DNA from: Gammaproteobacteria bacterium
Lineage (GTDB): Bacteria; Pseudomonadota; Gammaproteobacteria; SZUA-229
Length of the DNA: 64,000 nucleotides
Direction of reading: 5' to 3'
Assembly: GCA_041589455.1 (NCBI GenBank)
Contig: JBFHVQ010000003.1
Location: 7,050 to 71,049, forward strand
A program made the translations under genes and the position numbers. Below, one piece after another: positions 61,438 through 64,000 of this stretch (its first letter is position 1; each line of letters opens with the position of its first letter). The notes under the pieces are model-generated. The model worked only from the letters and a program-made list of their open reading frames with translations, searched no databases and was not told the DNA's origin.

Positions 61438-63315
61438 TTATTCTTCGCCGATGAAACTACGCAGGTGTTCGGCACGTGATGGGTGGCGGAGTTTGCGTAG
61501 TGCTTTTGCTTCAATCTGACGAATGCGCTCACGGGTAACGTCAAACTGTTTGCCGACTTCTTCCAGTGTATGGTCGGTATTCATGTTAATGCCAAACCGC
61601 ATACGCAATACCTTGGCCTCTCTTGGAGTCAGGGTAGAGAGAATGTCCTTGGTAGAGTCTCGTAGTGATTCTCCTGTGGCTGAGTCGATTGGAGACATGA
61701 TATTGGTGTCTTCAATGAAGTCGCCCAGGTTTGAATCTTCGTCATCGCCGATGGGTGTTTCCATGGAAATCGGCTCTTTGGCGATTTTGAGGACTTTACG
61801 TACTTTATCCTCCGGCATTTCCATTTTCTCTGCCAGTTCTTCCGGGGTGGGCTCGCGGCCTTTTTCCTGTAGCATCTGACGGAAAATTCGGTTCAGTTTA
61901 TTGATTGTTTCAATCATGTGAACCGGAATACGAATGGTGCGTGCCTGATCAGCAATTGAGCGAGTAATTGCCTGACGAATCCACCAGGTAGCGTAAGTAG
62001 AGAACTTGTAGCCGCGACGGTATTCGAACTTGTCGACTGCTTTCATCAGGCCAATATTGCCTTCCTGAATTAAATCCAGGAACTGTAATCCACGATTGGT
62101 ATATTTCTTGGCGATAGAGATAACCAGTCGCAGGTTGGCTTCAACCATTTCCTTCTTGGCGCGGCGTGCTTTGGCCTCACCAATAGACATCTTGCGGTTG
62201 ATCTCCTTGATATCAGTAATGCTCAGGCCGTACGCTTTTTCAAGCAGGGACAGTTTCAGTTGTGCCTGCTTGATCTCAGGAGAGAAGGCTTCCAGTGCGT
62301 CTGAATACTCATGTCCGCTCAGGTACTGATCAATCCACTTCTGATTGGTTTCGTTTTCAGGGAATGATTCGATAAACGCCTTTCGTGGCATATGGGCCTT
62401 GTTGACGCACAGGTTCAGAATCTGTCGTTCATAGGTGCGCACTTTCTCGATGGTGGTGCGCAACTCTTTTGTCATGGAGATAATGATAGAAGGCAGGAAT
62501 TTGAGTTCCATAAATACTTCGGCCATTTCTTCACGTGCTTTGGCGGTGTTTTTCTTGTTGTTCTTTTCCAGTGCCTTAACAACTTTCAGATAGGCAAGGC
62601 TAAGTAGTTCAAATTGCGCCATAGCCCGTTCTGGGTCTGGGCCAGTGTCAACGACTTCTACTGCAACATCGTCGTCATCATCTTCTTCTTCGCGTTCTTC
62701 TGCAGGGCCTGATGCAGGCTGGGCTATTTCGTCGCTATCATCGCTGCGAAACCCACTAATGAGGTCAGTCAGTCGAGCTTCCTCGCTCTGAATCAGTTCG
62801 ACAGTTTTTAATACCTGGCTAACAGAGCGGGGGTTGGTGGCCAGTGCGATCATCACCTGCTTGAGGCCTTCTTCAATGCGTTTGGCAATGGAGATTTCGC
62901 CTTCGCGAGTCAATAGTTCCACACTGCCCATTTCACGCATATACATACGGACAGGGTCTGTGGTTCTACCGAACTCGTTTTCGATGGAGGCGAGTGCCGC
63001 GGCAGCTTCTTCAGCGGCTGTGTCGTCAGTGGCGCTAGCATCTGTTAGAACAAGAGACTCGGTATCGGGCGCAACTTCGTGCACGGTGATGCCCATGTCA
63101 TTGATCATGTTGATAATATCTTCAACCTGCTCGGGGTCAACAATCTCTTCTGGCAGGTGGTCATTTACCTCGGCATAGGTCAGGTAGCCCTGTTCTTTGC
63201 CCTTGGCGATCAACTGTTTAAGTAGTGATTGTTTGTCCTGCGGCGCTTTACTTGCGCTCTCGGTTGCATCTTGCTTTTTCGGCAGGTCTTCTGGTGTCTG
63301 GTCGTCTTGAGTCAT
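61438..63315 (-). CDS. rpoD: RNA polymerase primary sigma factor sigma-70
   Basis: 625 aa with an acidic region 1, region 2.4 ([27 protein letters not shown]) and region 4.2 ([30 protein letters not shown]). Confidence 0.97.
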   Translation of the reverse strand: MTQDDQTPEDLPKKQDATESASKAPQDKQSLLKQLIAKGKEQGYLTYAEVNDHLPEEIVDPEQVEDIINMINDMGITVHEVAPDTESLVLTDASATDDTAAEEAAAALASIENEFGRTTDPVRMYMREMGSVELLTREGEISIAKRIEEGLKQVMIALATNPRSVSQVLKTVELIQSEEARLTDLISGFRSDDSDEIAQPASGPAEEREEEDDDDDVAVEVVDTGPDPERAMAQFELLSLAYLKVVKALEKNNKKNTAKAREEMAEVFMELKFLPSIIISMTKELRTTIEKVRTYERQILNLCVNKAHMPRKAFIESFPENETNQKWIDQYLSGHEYSDALEAFSPEIKQAQLKLSLLEKAYGLSITDIKEINRKMSIGEAKARRAKKEMVEANLRLVISIAKKYTNRGLQFLDLIQEGNIGLMKAVDKFEYRRGYKFSTYATWWIRQAITRSIADQARTIRIPVHMIETINKLNRIFRQMLQEKGREPTPEELAEKMEMPEDKVRKVLKIAKEPISMETPIGDDEDSNLGDFIEDTNIMSPIDSATGESLRDSTKDILSTLTPREAKVLRMRFGINMNTDHTLEEVGKQFDVTRERIRQIEAKALRKLRHPSRAEHLRSFIGEE

Positions 63316-63562
63316 GTTTATCCGCTAAAGTTTCAAGAATTCAAAACTGAACTACCCATTTTAGCATGGGTGAGGCCAGCCTGCTAGTTAGTTATAAATA
63401 TATTTAATATATTTTTGGGTCAGGTAATAAAATAAATTAATACGTATTGTTTCATAATAAGTTGGACGGGATATTGCCGAAGGAGTTCATGTGGGGTGTT
63501 TGCTAATCGGCAGTTTTGGTGGCAAGGTGTGCTGCCCTAATAATCTCATGAGGTGCAAGAAA

Positions 63563-64000
63563 ATGGTGAGTTTAGAGACCCCGGTTTGTGATTTTGGGCT
63601 ACCTGCTGTGGATTTTTCACTACCAGGTGTTGATGGTAAGCAGTGGTCATTGGGTGATTGTGCAGGCGAGAAGGGCTTGCTGGTTATGTTTATCTGTAAT
63701 CACTGTCCTTATGTAAAGGCAATTCGTGATCGAATCGTAAGAGATGCCCGGGAGCTCAAGGTGCTGGGAGTGAATACGGTAGCGATTATGTCGAATGACC
63801 CGACAGAGTATGAAGAAGACTCATTTGAGAATATGCAGAAAATTGCAGATGAGTTCGATTTTGATTTTCCTTACCTGCTGGATGAGTCACAGCAGGTTGC
63901 GAAGGCCTATGGCGCAGTTTGTACGCCAGATTTCTTTGGTTATAACGCGTCGCTTGAATTGCAATACCGCGGTCGCCTGGATGAGAGTCGTAAGCAGGCA
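63563..64000 (+). CDS. Thioredoxin-fold (AhpC/TSA-redoxin-like) protein, N-terminal 146 codons; runs off the right edge
   Basis: The frame stays open from the ATG at 63563 to the window end: MVSLETPVCDFGLPAVDFSLPGVDGKQWSLGDCAGEKGLLVMFICNHCPYVKAI...VAIMSNDP. It is not in the ORF track because there is no stop in the window. An alternative start is 63548. Confidence 0.75.
   Translation, partial: MVSLETPVCDFGLPAVDFSLPGVDGKQWSLGDCAGEKGLLVMFICNHCPYVKAIRDRIVRDARELKVLGVNTVAIMSNDPTEYEEDSFENMQKIADEFDFDFPYLLDESQQVAKAYGAVCTPDFFGYNASLELQYRGRLDESRKQA

Noticed and set aside
63399-63417. AT-only palindrome AAATATAT-TTA-ATATATTT upstream of rpoD
   Set aside because: Palindromes of pure A/T are expected by chance in AT-rich promoter DNA, so it was not reported as a site.

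Overview
This is a dense chromosomal window from a gammaproteobacterium with moderate GC; the organism cannot be identified from sequence alone. I call about 55 protein genes, one tRNA and one candidate sRNA.

Most of the window is housekeeping operons in synteny blocks that resemble Pseudomonas:
- ileS(partial)-ribF-murJ, rpsT, proB-obg-rpmA-rplU and ispB
- gmk-rpoZ-spoT-ridA-recG
- topA-smg-dprA-LysM(TsaP-like), divergent from def-fmt-rsmB-trkA-trkH
- ttcA, and pip-dtd
- hisBHAF-hisIE-tatABC, followed by an exported DUF255 thioredoxin-fold protein and gpmI
- rpoD with a downstream tRNA(CAU), then a partial thioredoxin-like gene at the right edge

Accessory or poorly understood content:
1. 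A three-gene AmmeMemoRadiSam cluster (9.2-11.7 kb).
2. Three hybrid sensor histidine kinases with no adjacent response regulator. One overlaps a DUF2892 membrane-protein gene. Another is translationally coupled to a YfiR-like DUF4154 protein downstream of a TonB-dependent receptor (50.2-55.3 kb).
3. A 1568-aa mosaic surface lipoprotein (56.1-60.8 kb) containing about eight copies of a ~60-aa Trp-containing repeat I do not recognise.
4. An ORF-less ~200-nt locus on the minus strand (37.2-37.4 kb) with the hallmarks of a CsrB/RsmY/RsmZ-type CsrA-sponge sRNA, including an upstream palindrome resembling a GacA/UvrY box.

I found no transposases, integrases, prophage genes, CRISPR arrays or recognisable defence genes. 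All calls rest on reading the translations and DNA by eye; no database search or folding program was run.
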